Source: Waterburya sp.
GTDB taxonomy: Bacteria; Cyanobacteriota; Cyanobacteriia; Cyanobacteriales; Xenococcaceae
Assembly: GCA_965217895.1 (NCBI GenBank)
Contig: CBDCJV010000002.1
Location: 1,792,001 to 1,856,000 of the forward strand
Direction of reading: 5' to 3'
DNA: 64,000 nt
The position numbers were made by a program, and so were the translations under genes. Under the pieces are notes generated by a model, which had not been told where the DNA came from, ran no database searches, and saw only the letters and a list, made by a program, of their open reading frames with translations. This document shows positions 20,564 through 31,663 of this stretch, one piece after another. Each line of letters opens with the position of its first letter. The stretch's first letter is position 1.

Positions 20564-21454
20564 TTATCTTTTCGGATCGAGAGCATCCCTTAGTCCATCG
20601 CCAATATAGTTAATACTTAATACCGTCAAAAATATTGCCATGCCAGGAAAAATTGCCATGTAAGGAGCAGAAGTTAAATAATCTTTTGCCTCAAACAACA
20701 TTCGTCCCCAAGTTGGCACATCAGGAGGAAAACCTAAACCTAGAAAACTTAAGGTAGATTCGGTAATAATAGCGTTACCAACCGATAGGGTAGCAGCCAC
20801 AATAATGACGCTTAAAACATTAGGAAATAAATGTGTCCAAATAAGCCGACTGGGTTTTGCGCCGATCGCTCTGGCTGCGCTAATAAATTCTAACTCTTTA
20901 AGTTTAAGAAAATCTGCTCTAACTAATCTGGCTACCGACATCCAATTCAATCCGCCGATCAGCAAGACAATTAAAATGAATATGCCTAATTCTGCCCCAG
21001 CAACTTTTTTAATTGAATCGCGAAACAGATAAACAATTAAAAGTAATAAAGGTAATTGAGGTAATGCCAAAAATAAATCAGTAATTCGCATTAAAATCCC
21101 ATCAATAATACCGCCATAAAACCCAGCGATCGCGCCCACAATTGTACCGAGAAATATTGCCACCAGCATTGAAGCAATACCCACCGTTAAAGATACTCTG
21201 CCTCCCTGCAAGATTCTCGCTAATTGATCTTGCCCTAAATCATTTGTACCAAAAGGATGTTCCCAGCTAGGAGGTGCAGAAGATGCCAGGAAATCTATTT
21301 TATCAGCAGAATTAGTATAGATAAAAGGAGCAAAAACAACCGCCAAAGCGATAATTAGAATTACTATTGAGCCAAATAGCGCAGGCTTGTCTCGTTTATA
21401 CCTGCGCCAGCTGTCCAACCATAAATTGCTTTCAACTTGTTTAACAGAATTCAT
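20564..21454 (-). CDS. Oligopeptide/nickel ABC permease (OppC/DppC-like)
   Basis: HPFGTNDLGQD, EFISAARAIGA (EAA loop), GDGLRDALDP. Confidence 0.92.
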   Translation of the reverse strand: MNSVKQVESNLWLDSWRRYKRDKPALFGSIVILIIALAVVFAPFIYTNSADKIDFLASSAPPSWEHPFGTNDLGQDQLARILQGGRVSLTVGIASMLVAIFLGTIVGAIAGFYGGIIDGILMRITDLFLALPQLPLLLLIVYLFRDSIKKVAGAELGIFILIVLLIGGLNWMSVARLVRADFLKLKELEFISAARAIGAKPSRLIWTHLFPNVLSVIIVAATLSVGNAIITESTLSFLGLGFPPDVPTWGRMLFEAKDYLTSAPYMAIFPGMAIFLTVLSINYIGDGLRDALDPKR

Positions 21455-21666
21455 GTATGGACTACTGATTACTAATTACTGTCTCAGTATTATCTTGTTT
21501 AACGGGAGTTTTGGCAGAGGACAATCAGCTTTTCTGGGAACGGTTGCTACTCTTTTTGGTTTTTGCCCTGTAAAAAGGCGATCGCTATAGCTTAACTTTA
21601 ATTAATTTTGTGGATAACAGTTTCTCTTTCTGTTTGATTTTCAGCCTTGTTGTCGTTTCCACAGAC

Positions 21667-21704
21667 TAAAATGAGCAAGTTGATAAATCAACTTGCTCAT
21701 TTTA
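21667..21704. terminator. Perfect 18-bp hairpin terminator
   Basis: TAAAATGAGCAAGTTGAT-AA-ATCAACTTGCTCATTTTA immediately after the stop of 21708-22220. Confidence 0.75.
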
Positions 21705-21707
21705 AAA

Positions 21708-22220
21708 TTAATTTTTACGCCGATATAAAACGTTGACGATTAGCCTCGCAATAATTTTAAAAAAGCTAGGCTTACGTTCATTAGAAGTAGAAGATATTGA
21801 AGGTTCTTGCTCTTTGTTTTCTGATTCTTTTACGGCATCAACTTGTTGTGGTTTTGAAGTTGCTTCTGACTCTGTTTCAGCCACATTAGTCTCTTTAGCT
21901 ACTCCTTCTGAGTCCGTAAAAGTTTCAGATGCTGAATGCTCTGTTGCTGAAGATGATAAAGCATGACACTTATTAAGGAACTCTTCTAGTTTTTGACGGT
22001 CTTCTAAAGCTGTTTGACGTGCATTTGCAGCGCACTGAGCAATATCATCTTTGCCGATGTAAAAAAGCCATCTTTCTAGATCTTCTCTGACTAAATAATT
22101 AGTGCCATCGTCAGGGAACTGTTGACACAATTGCAATAAATCATCGGCATTATGGGCTAGTTGACCATTGGAAAAATGAAAGGGCTGGTTCATAATCTTT
22201 GGTTGTATTTTATCAATCAA
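21708..22220 (-). CDS. Hypothetical cyanobacterial protein (PFHFSNG..A...DL domain, low-complexity tail)
   Basis: 170-aa ORF followed by its own terminator. Confidence 0.65.
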   Translation of the reverse strand: MIDKIQPKIMNQPFHFSNGQLAHNADDLLQLCQQFPDDGTNYLVREDLERWLFYIGKDDIAQCAANARQTALEDRQKLEEFLNKCHALSSSATEHSASETFTDSEGVAKETNVAETESEATSKPQQVDAVKESENKEQEPSISSTSNERKPSFFKIIARLIVNVLYRRKN

Positions 22221-22344
22221 GAAAAAAGTTCAACTTTATCTTGGCACAGGTATATTGATACAAACCTTTATAAAGCCTAAATATGTTAACTTATTTATCT
22301 AAAATAAGTTTTTGGGGACAGAATAAGCTTATCTTCAAAATTTT

Positions 22345-23226
22345 CTATCCTGCTTGCTGAGAAAGCACCCTTGCTTTTTGTTTTAACAATCTCAAAGCTC
22401 TATTCTTAATTTGTCTTACTCTTTCTCTGCTGATACCGCAGCGATCGCCTATCTGCTCATAAGTCATTATTTCCCCGTCTTTCAAACCAAAGCGAAGAGC
22501 AATTACATCTCGTTGCTTAGGAGACAAGGTATTTAATAAATCTTCAACCTGAGAACTTAATTCTTTTTCATAAATAAAGTCAGTTGGCGAAGCTGAATCA
22601 TCTGCTAATATTTGCCCTAACTCGGTCTGATTATCATCGATGGTTACGTTGAGGCTTCTTGGCTTAGTAATTTGCGAAGCTCTAAGAATAGATCTAAATT
22701 TCTTCTGGCTAATATCAAGTTCGGCAATTAATTCGTCCTCAGTGGGTTTTCTGCCCAATTTCTGAGACAATTGACGAGTGACTTTTTTAATTTTGTTCAG
22801 GTCTTGAGTAACATGAATCGGCAAGCGAATGGTACGAGCTTGATTAGCGATCGCTCTTGTCATAGCCTGTCTAATCCACCAATAGCTGTAGGTAGAAAAT
22901 TTGTATCCTTTACCTGGGTCAAATTTTTCTGCTGCCCTCATTACACCGATACTGCCTTCTTGGATCAAATCAAGGAAGGACAAACCTCGATTCTGGTATT
23001 TTTTGGCAATAGAAACTACCAGACGTAAATTTGCTCTAGCCATCTTTTGTTTGGCTCGTTGTCCTTTGCGAACAATCTTTTCTTCTTCAGAGGTCAAGTT
23101 ATCTTGCTCTAACAAAGGCATCATCGCCTGAATTTGATTGGCAAGCTCAACCTCTTCTTCTGCTTTTAATAGAGGTGTACGTCCAATTTCTTTTAGATAT
23201 TTAGCGATAGTATTACTTGAATTCAT
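22345..23226 (-). CDS. Group 2 sigma-70 factor
   Basis: [53 protein letters not shown]; no region 1.1. Confidence 0.92.
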   Translation of the reverse strand: MNSSNTIAKYLKEIGRTPLLKAEEEVELANQIQAMMPLLEQDNLTSEEEKIVRKGQRAKQKMARANLRLVVSIAKKYQNRGLSFLDLIQEGSIGVMRAAEKFDPGKGYKFSTYSYWWIRQAMTRAIANQARTIRLPIHVTQDLNKIKKVTRQLSQKLGRKPTEDELIAELDISQKKFRSILRASQITKPRSLNVTIDDNQTELGQILADDSASPTDFIYEKELSSQVEDLLNTLSPKQRDVIALRFGLKDGEIMTYEQIGDRCGISRERVRQIKNRALRLLKQKARVLSQQAG

Positions 23227-23511
23227 TTTTAGCTGCTTAGATTAGTTTTATAACTGGCGATCTTCTTTAACTTGTGTAAAAAAGCTTGACAAAAGCTTTA
23301 TTTGGCTTCTTTTTACTTTTCACTAAGTTAATCTTGAAGGAAAATTTAGATACCTTCATAAGAATCGAATTGTGCTGTGCTGCAAGTTTGCTCTTACATT
23401 TGCTACATATATCAATTTTTGTTTGTGGTATACATCCCTCTATAGCAGTAAACTAAAAAACTTCTTCCCACTAGTGAAAGAAGCCTTTGTGGTTAGACTG
23501 CAATTAGATGC

Positions 23512-23724
23512 TTAGTTCTTTTTGACTCCAAACAAAGAATCAACGATATCTTTTTCTTGGCTAATAAATAATTCTTTGTAGAGATTCTCTTTGTAAAGCA
23601 TTTGCTTGTGCATCTGCACAAGTAGCTCTTGCGCTTCCTCACGAGATAGCTGCTTAACCCGGCTTTCAAATACTTTGTGATTAAATTCTTGTTCGACAGA
23701 AAGGCTATTTTCTAATCTGTTCAT
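23512..23724 (-). CDS. nblA: Phycobilisome degradation protein NblA family
   Basis: LSVEQEF...VKQLSREEAQELLVQMHKQMLYKENLYKEL. Confidence 0.8.
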   Translation of the reverse strand: MNRLENSLSVEQEFNHKVFESRVKQLSREEAQELLVQMHKQMLYKENLYKELFISQEKDIVDSLFGVKKN

Positions 23725-23915
23725 TATTGTTGCCCTCTTTACTTTACACTTACATTGTAAACAAAGTTTAAGAAGACTTGACTCTATCTAGAGTAGTAAT
23801 ATCCGAAATTTAGCCAAAGATTTTTAGAAAGAATAACTATTTGTCGTTTCTTTGATTGAAAAGAATTGAGCGTAGTTCTAACCATTGAGTCTATCGCCAT
23901 TGTCGCTAAACACAA

Positions 23916-26594
23916 TCAACTTTTAGATTTATATTCGCTTTTCTGCATAATCAAGCTTGCAATTAAACCAGTCCAGCCAGTCTGATGAGATGCGCCCAAA
24001 CCTGCACCATTATCACCATGAAAATACTCATGAAATAGAATCAGGTTTTGCCAATGAGGATCGGCGTGAAATTTAGTAAAATCTCCGTATACAGGTCTTG
24101 CTCCTTTTGCCTTGGGTAAAAAGATATTAATTAATCTTCTTTCCAATTCCGAGGCTATTTCCTTGAGACTCAGCATTGTACCCGAACCTGTGGGGCATTC
24201 TACTTTAAAATTACCATCATAATAGCAGTCAAATCTTTGCAAAGATTCTATTAAAAGATAGTTGATCGGAAACCAGATAGGTCCTCGCCAGTTAGAATTT
24301 CCCCCAAACATTTTGGTCGGCGACTCGGCTGGTTCATAAGTTACATCATATTTTTTTTCTTTAGTGTTAAAGACGTAGGGATGTTCTTGATGATATTTAG
24401 ATACAGAACGAATGCCATAATCACTGAGAAATTCAGTTTCATCTAGCATTTTCTCTAATAGAAGACGTAACCTGTCTTCATTAACTACTGCTAAGAGGCG
24501 ACTAGAATCACTATCGCATCCTTCCATACAGGCGAGGTTGCGACTAAGCTGAGGACGTTCTTTAATAAACCAATCAATACGGCTTTTAAAGCTGGGTAGT
24601 TTTTCTAAGGTCTCTTGTTGAATAGTAGTTACAGCAAGTAGAGGAATTAAACCGACAAGCGATCGCACTTTTAGATCGATATTTTCACCATTGGGAAGAT
24701 GCAAAACATCATAATAAAAACTATCTTCTTCATTCCATAAGTCTGTGCCTTCCGTCCCCAAATGGTTCATGGCATCGACAATATAAAGGAAGTGTTCAAA
24801 AAACTTACTGGCAATGTCTTCATAAACATCGTTATCCTCTGCCAACTCTAAGGCAATAGTTAGTAAGTCCAGACAGTACATTGCCATCCAGCTAGTACCA
24901 TCAGACTGTGATAGTCTGCCTCCTGTGGGTAAGTCGCCACGATTAAATACGCCAATGTTATCTAAACCCAAAAATCCACCTTGGAAGACATTGTTATTTT
25001 CGTCGTCATTTTGATTTACCCACCAGGTAAAATTAAGCAATAGCTTTTGGAAAACTCTCTCCAAAAACTTCTTGTCCGAACGCCCATATATCTTTTGTTC
25101 AATAGTATATACTTGCCATGCAGCCCAAGCGTGAACAGGGGGGTTGACCCCACTAAAATCCCATTCATAGGAAGGCATTTTGCCGTTGGGGTGCATATAC
25201 CATTCACGAGTAAGTCTTTGTAGCTGTTTCTTAGCAAAGTCAGGGTCGATCGCCGCCAAAGGAATCATGTGAAAAGCCAAATCCCAGGCTGCAAAATAGG
25301 GATACTCCCACTTATCGGGCATCGATATGACATCATCAGCGTGAAGATGTATCCAGTTACTGTTTGTGCCTTTCTTCCTTTTTTCAGGGGGTTTGGGTTG
25401 AGATGGATCGCCTTTTAGCCAAGTATCAACTACATAATAATAATATTGCTTGTTCCAGAGCATCCCTGCAAATGCCTGACGTTCAATATTTTGTAATTCC
25501 AGGCTTTTTTGCTGAGGAGATACGCGCTGATAAAATTCGTCGGCTTCTTGTTGCCGTACTTGAAAGGTATCGTTGAAAGTCTGCCCAAAAGGTGTTTTTA
25601 GATCTGGCTGATTAGATAGTCTTAGCTGTATGCCCGTAGTTTCCCCCGCACCTAATTCTAAGACGTGATGAATAGCGAATTTAGTACCAATATTATCGGG
25701 ATTAACTGCGTCTGCTTGTCCTTTTACCACATAACTATTAAAGGCATCTTTGACGTAGGGGGAATCATTTTTTGTCTGAGATAATCTTTGATAATTGGTG
25801 TTATTTTCTGTAAACAGTAATGGTGTATCGTTATCGTGAGCGCAATACAGCCATCGTTTACCCAAATCAGGATGCTGTGTTTCAATAACGCTGTAGTTTT
25901 CGGTGCGATCGTATATTTTTAATTTTGGTTTCTCAACCTCATAACCCCAAGACCAAATATTGCGAAACCAGAGTGTAGGCAGTAAATGAATGGTTGCACT
26001 TTCGGTTGCGCGATTGGCAACCTGAATATAAATTAAAATATCTTCATCGCTAGCTTTGGCATATTCAACTGTGACATCAAAGTACTTATCTGACTCAAAA
26101 ATCCCTGTTTCGATTAATTCAAACTCTCTATTTTTTAGACCTCTTTCTTTATTCTTTTGTTTTAATTGGGAGTAAGGAAAAGCTGCTTGAGGGTACTTAT
26201 AGAGAAACTTCATATAAGAATGAGTAGGAGTATTATCGAGGTGGAAATAATACTCTTTGACATCTTCCCCATGATTGCCTTGAGAGTTAGTTAAACCATA
26301 AAATCTTTCTTTTAAAAAAGGGTCATTTCCATTCCAAAGGGACAGAGAAAAACATAACCTTTGGTGATTATCAGAAATACCCGCAATACCATCTTCTCCC
26401 CAACGATATGCCCGATAGTGAGACTGTTCAAAATCAAAGTAATCCCAGGCTGAACCGTCGGCACTATAGTCTTCCCGTACAGTTCCCCACTGGCGATCGC
26501 TCAAGTAACATCCCCATCTACGCCAGTATGCTTTACGCTCTCTATCTTCTTGCAACCTGAGTTCTTCTTGAGTAGGCTTTTGATGGTCTGGCAT
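23916..26594 (-). CDS. GH63 glucosidase (MGH1-like)
   Basis: WGTVREDYS, MPDKWEYP, AAWDLAFH, NWRGPIWFP, HEYFHGDNGAGLGASHQTGWT. Confidence 0.92.
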   Translation of the reverse strand: MPDHQKPTQEELRLQEDRERKAYWRRWGCYLSDRQWGTVREDYSADGSAWDYFDFEQSHYRAYRWGEDGIAGISDNHQRLCFSLSLWNGNDPFLKERFYGLTNSQGNHGEDVKEYYFHLDNTPTHSYMKFLYKYPQAAFPYSQLKQKNKERGLKNREFELIETGIFESDKYFDVTVEYAKASDEDILIYIQVANRATESATIHLLPTLWFRNIWSWGYEVEKPKLKIYDRTENYSVIETQHPDLGKRWLYCAHDNDTPLLFTENNTNYQRLSQTKNDSPYVKDAFNSYVVKGQADAVNPDNIGTKFAIHHVLELGAGETTGIQLRLSNQPDLKTPFGQTFNDTFQVRQQEADEFYQRVSPQQKSLELQNIERQAFAGMLWNKQYYYYVVDTWLKGDPSQPKPPEKRKKGTNSNWIHLHADDVISMPDKWEYPYFAAWDLAFHMIPLAAIDPDFAKKQLQRLTREWYMHPNGKMPSYEWDFSGVNPPVHAWAAWQVYTIEQKIYGRSDKKFLERVFQKLLLNFTWWVNQNDDENNNVFQGGFLGLDNIGVFNRGDLPTGGRLSQSDGTSWMAMYCLDLLTIALELAEDNDVYEDIASKFFEHFLYIVDAMNHLGTEGTDLWNEEDSFYYDVLHLPNGENIDLKVRSLVGLIPLLAVTTIQQETLEKLPSFKSRIDWFIKERPQLSRNLACMEGCDSDSSRLLAVVNEDRLRLLLEKMLDETEFLSDYGIRSVSKYHQEHPYVFNTKEKKYDVTYEPAESPTKMFGGNSNWRGPIWFPINYLLIESLQRFDCYYDGNFKVECPTGSGTMLSLKEIASELERRLINIFLPKAKGARPVYGDFTKFHADPHWQNLILFHEYFHGDNGAGLGASHQTGWTGLIASLIMQKSEYKSKS

Positions 26595-26852
26595 AGTTCC
26601 TGGTTAAGATAGTTATCGATATCAGCTTATGTATTAATTAACATTAACAATTATTAATAAGTTATAGGTCAGCTTAGATGATATTTTTCTAGTATTTATC
26701 GTTCTCAAGGTAGATATGTGTAAATCTTATTACCTATTTCTCTAGTTAGATATTGAACGCTGAGAATCTTTCTATATGTAGATGTGCGATCGCTTGAAAT
26801 GTTGCTCTAATTAAGATAAAGACACACAAGCAATCAAATCATCTTACTACTC

Positions 26853-27392
26853 ATGCAAAAGTTAAATATCGGTCTAACAGAAGAACAGCGACATGGCGTA
26901 ATAGAACTCTTGAATCGGGATTTAGCCAATCAATACCTACTTATCATTAAAACTAAAAAGTATCATTGGGATGTCATTGGTCCTCAATTTCGTACTTTAC
27001 ATACCCTTTGGGAAGAGCATTACGAGGCTTTGACTCTCAATATAGATGCAACAGCCGAAAGAGTACGTGCTTTGGGTGGTTATCCCATAGGAACAGCAGC
27101 AGGATTTATTCAGTACGGTACTATTTCCGAACACGCTAACGATTTACCCAACGCTAATGAGATGGTAAGCCGTTTGGTACAGGATCACGAGCTAGTTATT
27201 CGCGACTTACGAGAAGACATCGACAAGTGTGGTGAACAGTTCCACGACGAAGGCACGGCTGACTTCCTGACAGGGTTAATGGAACAGCACGAAGAAATGG
27301 CTTGGATGTTACGTTCCTTCTTAGAGGGTGAAGAAATAAAGCCTAGTGGCGATCGCCCTGAAGCAGAAACTAAACCCACTGTCAATGCCTAA
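26853..27392 (+). CDS. dps: Dps-family DNA protection / iron storage protein
   Basis: HWDVIGPQFRTLH, DATAERVRALG, HEEMAWML. Confidence 0.93.
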   Translation: MQKLNIGLTEEQRHGVIELLNRDLANQYLLIIKTKKYHWDVIGPQFRTLHTLWEEHYEALTLNIDATAERVRALGGYPIGTAAGFIQYGTISEHANDLPNANEMVSRLVQDHELVIRDLREDIDKCGEQFHDEGTADFLTGLMEQHEEMAWMLRSFLEGEEIKPSGDRPEAETKPTVNA

Positions 27393-27453
27393 ATCGATTT
27401 TGTCTAGTCATAAACCATAAAAGAAAGCATTTTTGAGGAGGATTTAAGAGAAG

Positions 27454-28218
27454 ATGGCAGACTATACAGCCGAACGCACTATCACCGCAGTATTAAAAGA
27501 AGAAGAACAAGTAGATAATGTTGTTCGTCGTTTGATTGATCGTGGTGTGCCTCAAGACCACATTTCGGTAATGGGGCAAAACTTTCAATCTCAAACTCGC
27601 ATTACTGGATTTATCAGTAAAAAAGACGTTGTGCTGGGTGGCTTGCGTACTGGTGCCGTTTTTGGCTCTTTATTTGGTTCTCTTTTGAGCTTATTTACTG
27701 GTATTGGCGTGCTGTTTATTCCCTTTATCGGTTCGGTTGTAGCCGCAGGGCCAATTACCTCTGTGTTGCTTGGTGCTGCTACTGGCGCGATCGCTGGAGG
27801 TGCGGGCGCGAGTTTAGCTTCGGCTTTAGCTACTTTGGGAATGCCCAAGGAAAAGGCTGCGGTATACGAAACCCGCGTTAAAGCGGGTGAATATTTGCTG
27901 ATGGCGGAAGTTCCAGCTAATAAATCTGGAGAGTACCAGCTATTAATCGAAAGCGCAGGCGGAGAAGAAATTCACATTAATGATTCTACCTTGCCCCGCC
28001 CTTGTCCTGGTCGCTGCGAAGGAGCAGAAGATTTATCCCCAGAAATTCGCTCCCATCTTTCAGATGCAGCACAGCAAGACTTTATCGCCAGTTATAATGC
28101 TACGTTTGATGAAACAAATAATGAGACCCAAGCAGAGCATAAAGCTTGGGCAACCATTAAAGACAAATATGATGAAGATGAGAATGGCATCTGGTCAAAA
28201 TCTAAAGTAGCATCATAA
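27454..28218 (+). CDS. General stress protein (Gly-zipper membrane domain) with a C-terminal ChaB domain
   Basis: GAVFGSLFG...[35 protein letters not shown]...AWATIKDKY. Confidence 0.8.
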   Translation: MADYTAERTITAVLKEEEQVDNVVRRLIDRGVPQDHISVMGQNFQSQTRITGFISKKDVVLGGLRTGAVFGSLFGSLLSLFTGIGVLFIPFIGSVVAAGPITSVLLGAATGAIAGGAGASLASALATLGMPKEKAAVYETRVKAGEYLLMAEVPANKSGEYQLLIESAGGEEIHINDSTLPRPCPGRCEGAEDLSPEIRSHLSDAAQQDFIASYNATFDETNNETQAEHKAWATIKDKYDEDENGIWSKSKVAS

Positions 28219-28222
28219 AAAT

Positions 28223-28267
28223 ATGGCGATCGCCTCAAGAAATATTTATTAAGGCGATCGCTGTTTT
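28223..28267 (+). terminator. Hairpin terminator whose stem is two HIP1 sites
   Basis: ATGGCGATCGCCT...AGGCGATCGCTGT followed by a T-run, directly after the ChaB-protein stop. Confidence 0.55.
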
Positions 28268-28362
28268 AAATACTTATCAATATTCAATCCTTCAACGAAA
28301 GGATTGATGTTTTTTTTGCTACTTATTCTTTCTTTTTTTCGCCGAACTCACGTTATACAGTA

Positions 28363-28409
28363 TGAGCGCGAGAGGACTCGAACCTCTGACCTACAGGATC
28401 GAAACCTAT
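28363..28409 (-). mobile_element. att-like partial copy of the tRNA-Arg(CCG) 3' half, inverted relative to the tRNA
   Basis: 28363-28398 is the exact reverse complement of 13621-13656; the next 11 nt match at 8/11. Confidence 0.9.
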
Positions 28410-29576
28410 AAAAAAACGTATTTCAGTATAGTTTCAATGAATTTATAAAGCTTATAGCCTCTACATTCAAGCTTGTAATTCATATAGCAAACAAAAGTGG
28501 TATCAAACTGGTACATGGGTGTTAGTGCTAATGGCAGAATCTCTATGGTTGATGCTGATAAAAGCGGTAAGTTCTTTAATCGTCATGCAATAAAACACAT
28601 TAGTGCTGAAGTGCCTGATGCTAGCTTTGACCGCTTAGTAGCTGAAATCTCTAATAGTAACTTTGCTGTTAACTGGGGTTCTATGCAGAACTCCCTATTT
28701 ATTAATTCACCTTTGTTAAGTTTGGCTGTTGGTGACGGTGGCTTTGTAGTCCGTAATCCTCTAACTTTCATTAGATAAAAATCGTTTGGCTGGAATTACT
28801 TAAAAAGAAAAATGCCTGCTGAGGAAGGATATATAGGCTTAATTGCTGAATTGATTATATTTTATTCAGTTAAATTGCTGAGGAAATTTATAGTTACTTT
28901 TTATATGATGCTAATAGCTGCTTTGTAGACTTGTATAATAAATTTCAAGCTAAATCCTAGGTCAAGATAAAAAAAAGGTACCAGCAACTACTACTGATAC
29001 CTTTGGAGTCCCACGAACTGTGAAATACCAAATAACAAAATTTGGTACTCATACAGGATAGTCCGAATTTGCTCCTGTAATGTATCAGATTTTACCATCT
29101 ATTTTTTTCTATTGCCATGAAATATCTAAAACTTTCATGACAAACTAACTGTATCTAAATCTTGATCGGTGAATAACGCAGTTATGTCACAGTAAATAAA
29201 CTTTCTACAAGCTGATATGTGAAGCAGCACACTGTAGATAAAATGGATGGGTATTAGCAATCCCAAGTTTTCTGACTTTATGGCGATCGCTTTTCCGCCT
29301 GAATCCAATCCTCCAATTTCTTTGATTTTTACATTTCAGGTAAACTAAACGCTCTAATTACCTTATCTACACTGGTAATAAATGAGCTTAAAGCCCCATA
29401 ATGTAGGTTCGATTAAATAGTTAAATAACCTGAGTTCAAAATAACTGAGAAGCCTTATCCTTTCGTTAGCCAAAAATACTATTCCTTTGTAAAATTACCG
29501 TCAAAATTGTCTTAACCTGAAAGTAGCGTTAAATACTTTGAATATAGGAAATTGGAAAAAATTTTATTTACATAAG

Positions 29577-29648
29577 AAAAAGGTTTTGGGAGTCTTGCCG
29601 TGTTTCGACCCCAAAACCTTTCTCTCTTACACTTACTCCTCACACACA
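29577..29648 (-). ncRNA. yfr2: Yfr2-family small RNA
   Basis: Minus strand: 5' TGTGTGTGAGGAGT, stem AAAGGTTTTGGGGTC-GAAACACGGCAA-GACTCCCAAAACCTTT with the GAAAC..GG.AA loop; TACACT -10 box at 29655-29660. Confidence 0.85.
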
Positions 29649-29746
29649 ATTAATAGTGTACGGCGACTATTCGATCGCTGTTGCATTTTAGGTGACACTT
29701 TTTAGATCGTCATAATATTCGAGCAAGCTTCTAGAATTAAGCCAAT

Positions 29747-31663
29747 TTAGCTAACCGCAGAGGGTTCTTTATTTTTACTATCGAAGAAAGTTTTCAAGAT
29801 ACTTTCTGCCATCTGAGGACTGCTCAAGCCCAAACTAGCTTTAGATTGATTGGGGGTAGCATGATCGACCAAAATGTCTGGTATGCCAAAGCGTTCGACT
29901 GGTACTAAAACATTATGCTCTTGAAGAGCTTCTAGTACTGCCGAACCAAATCCACCCATAAGACAGCCTTCTTCTAGGGTAACGACTTTGCCGATACGTT
30001 TAGCTAAAGGAACTATCAAATTTGTGTCTAGAGGTTTAACAAAGCGAGCATTAACTACTGTAGCTTCAATACCGTGTTCGCTCAATATTTCAGCTACCTG
30101 TAAAGCAGGATATACCTGAGTGCCATAGCCAACTAGAAGTAGGTCGTCGCCACTGCGCAGAATTTCCCCTTTGCCAATTTCAATAGGTTCCCAGCCTTCT
30201 TCCATCAGCGGTACTCCAATACCATTATCACGGGAATAACGCATGGCGATCGCACCATCATTGTAGTTAACGCCTGTCACCACCATCTGCTGTAGTTCAG
30301 CCTCGTCTTTTGGTGCCATGACGACAATATTGGGAATACACCGTAGATAAGCGATATCGTACATTCCCTGGTGGGTAGGGCCATCTGCCCCGACAATTCC
30401 TGCTCGATCTAAACAAAAGAAGACAGGTAGCTTTTGAATACAGATATCATGAATGATCTGATCGTAAGCTCGCTGCAAGAAAGTTGAATAAATCGCGACT
30501 ACAGGTTTCATCCCTTCACAAGCCATTCCTGCTGATAGGGTAACAGCGTGTTGTTCGGCAATGCCGACATCAATATATTGCTTGGGTAATTTGCTTTGGA
30601 GTTTATCTAAACCTGTTCCCGTTGCCATCGCTGCGGTAATGCCCACAATTTTCGGGTCGTTTTCTGCCAGGGTAGTTAGAGTATCAGCAAATACTTTGCA
30701 ATATTTAGGAGGCTTAGGTTTGGTAGCGGGAATACCTTTACCTGTGGCTAAATTAAAGGGACTTTGAGCATGATAGCCTACCTGATCTTTTTCAGCGATC
30801 GCATATCCTTTTCCCTTGACAGTTGCCACATGAACTAACACAGGACCAGGTACTTTATGAGCCTGTTTAAAGGTAGAAATTAATTCTGCTAAATTGTGTC
30901 CATCAATAGGACCAAAATACTTGAAGCCTAATTCTTCAATCACTGCACCAACTTTTGGCACAGCCAGCCGTTTCATTCCTTCTTTGACTCTTTCCATTTC
31001 TGGGGTTAAAGATTGACCGAAGAAGGGTAGCTGTTTAAATTGTTCTTCTAGGTTGTCAGAAAGAAACTGCACGGGGTCAGATAGTCGAACTTTGTTCAGA
31101 TAGCGAGAAATAGCTCCTACGTTGGGAGAAATAGACATTTCGTTATCGTTTAACACTACCATCAGATTAGTGTTAGGCAGGTGTCCTGCATGGTTGATAG
31201 CTTCAAGTGCCATCCCCCCAGTCAAAGCACCATCGCCGATGACCGCTACACATTTAAAATCTTCTCCTTTGGCATCCCTCGCCAACGCCATGCCTAAGGC
31301 TGCGGAAATGCTAGTCGAAGCGTGACCTGCGCCAAAATGATCGAATTTATTTTCACTTCGTTTTAAATAGCCAGCGACACCATCTTTTTGCCGTAAGGTA
31401 TTAAATTTGTTGTATCTCCCCGTGAGCAATTTATGGGGGTAAGCCTGATGTCCAACATCCCAAGTCACTTTGTCGCGGTCTAAGTCCAAAGTTTGGTAGA
31501 GGGCAATAGTTAGCTCTACTACTCCTAGACCTGGACCTAAATGACCTCCACTAGCTGCAACTGTTTGTAAATGTTTTTCTCTTATTTGGCGGGCGATTTT
31601 CTCAAGTTGTCGGATTGATAAACCGTGCAACTGATTTGGGTGAGTTATTTCACTTAAATGCAT
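29747..31663 (-). CDS. dxs: 1-deoxy-D-xylulose-5-phosphate synthase
   Basis: [42 protein letters not shown]. Confidence 0.98.
   Translation of the reverse strand: MHLSEITHPNQLHGLSIRQLEKIARQIREKHLQTVAASGGHLGPGLGVVELTIALYQTLDLDRDKVTWDVGHQAYPHKLLTGRYNKFNTLRQKDGVAGYLKRSENKFDHFGAGHASTSISAALGMALARDAKGEDFKCVAVIGDGALTGGMALEAINHAGHLPNTNLMVVLNDNEMSISPNVGAISRYLNKVRLSDPVQFLSDNLEEQFKQLPFFGQSLTPEMERVKEGMKRLAVPKVGAVIEELGFKYFGPIDGHNLAELISTFKQAHKVPGPVLVHVATVKGKGYAIAEKDQVGYHAQSPFNLATGKGIPATKPKPPKYCKVFADTLTTLAENDPKIVGITAAMATGTGLDKLQSKLPKQYIDVGIAEQHAVTLSAGMACEGMKPVVAIYSTFLQRAYDQIIHDICIQKLPVFFCLDRAGIVGADGPTHQGMYDIAYLRCIPNIVVMAPKDEAELQQMVVTGVNYNDGAIAMRYSRDNGIGVPLMEEGWEPIEIGKGEILRSGDDLLLVGYGTQVYPALQVAEILSEHGIEATVVNARFVKPLDTNLIVPLAKRIGKVVTLEEGCLMGGFGSAVLEALQEHNVLVPVERFGIPDILVDHATPNQSKASLGLSSPQMAESILKTFFDSKNKEPSAVS

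Noticed and set aside
28497..28778. Overlapping 93-aa (+) and 62-aa (-) ORFs beside the att copy
   Set aside because: No recognisable motif; probably island remnant, not supportable as genes
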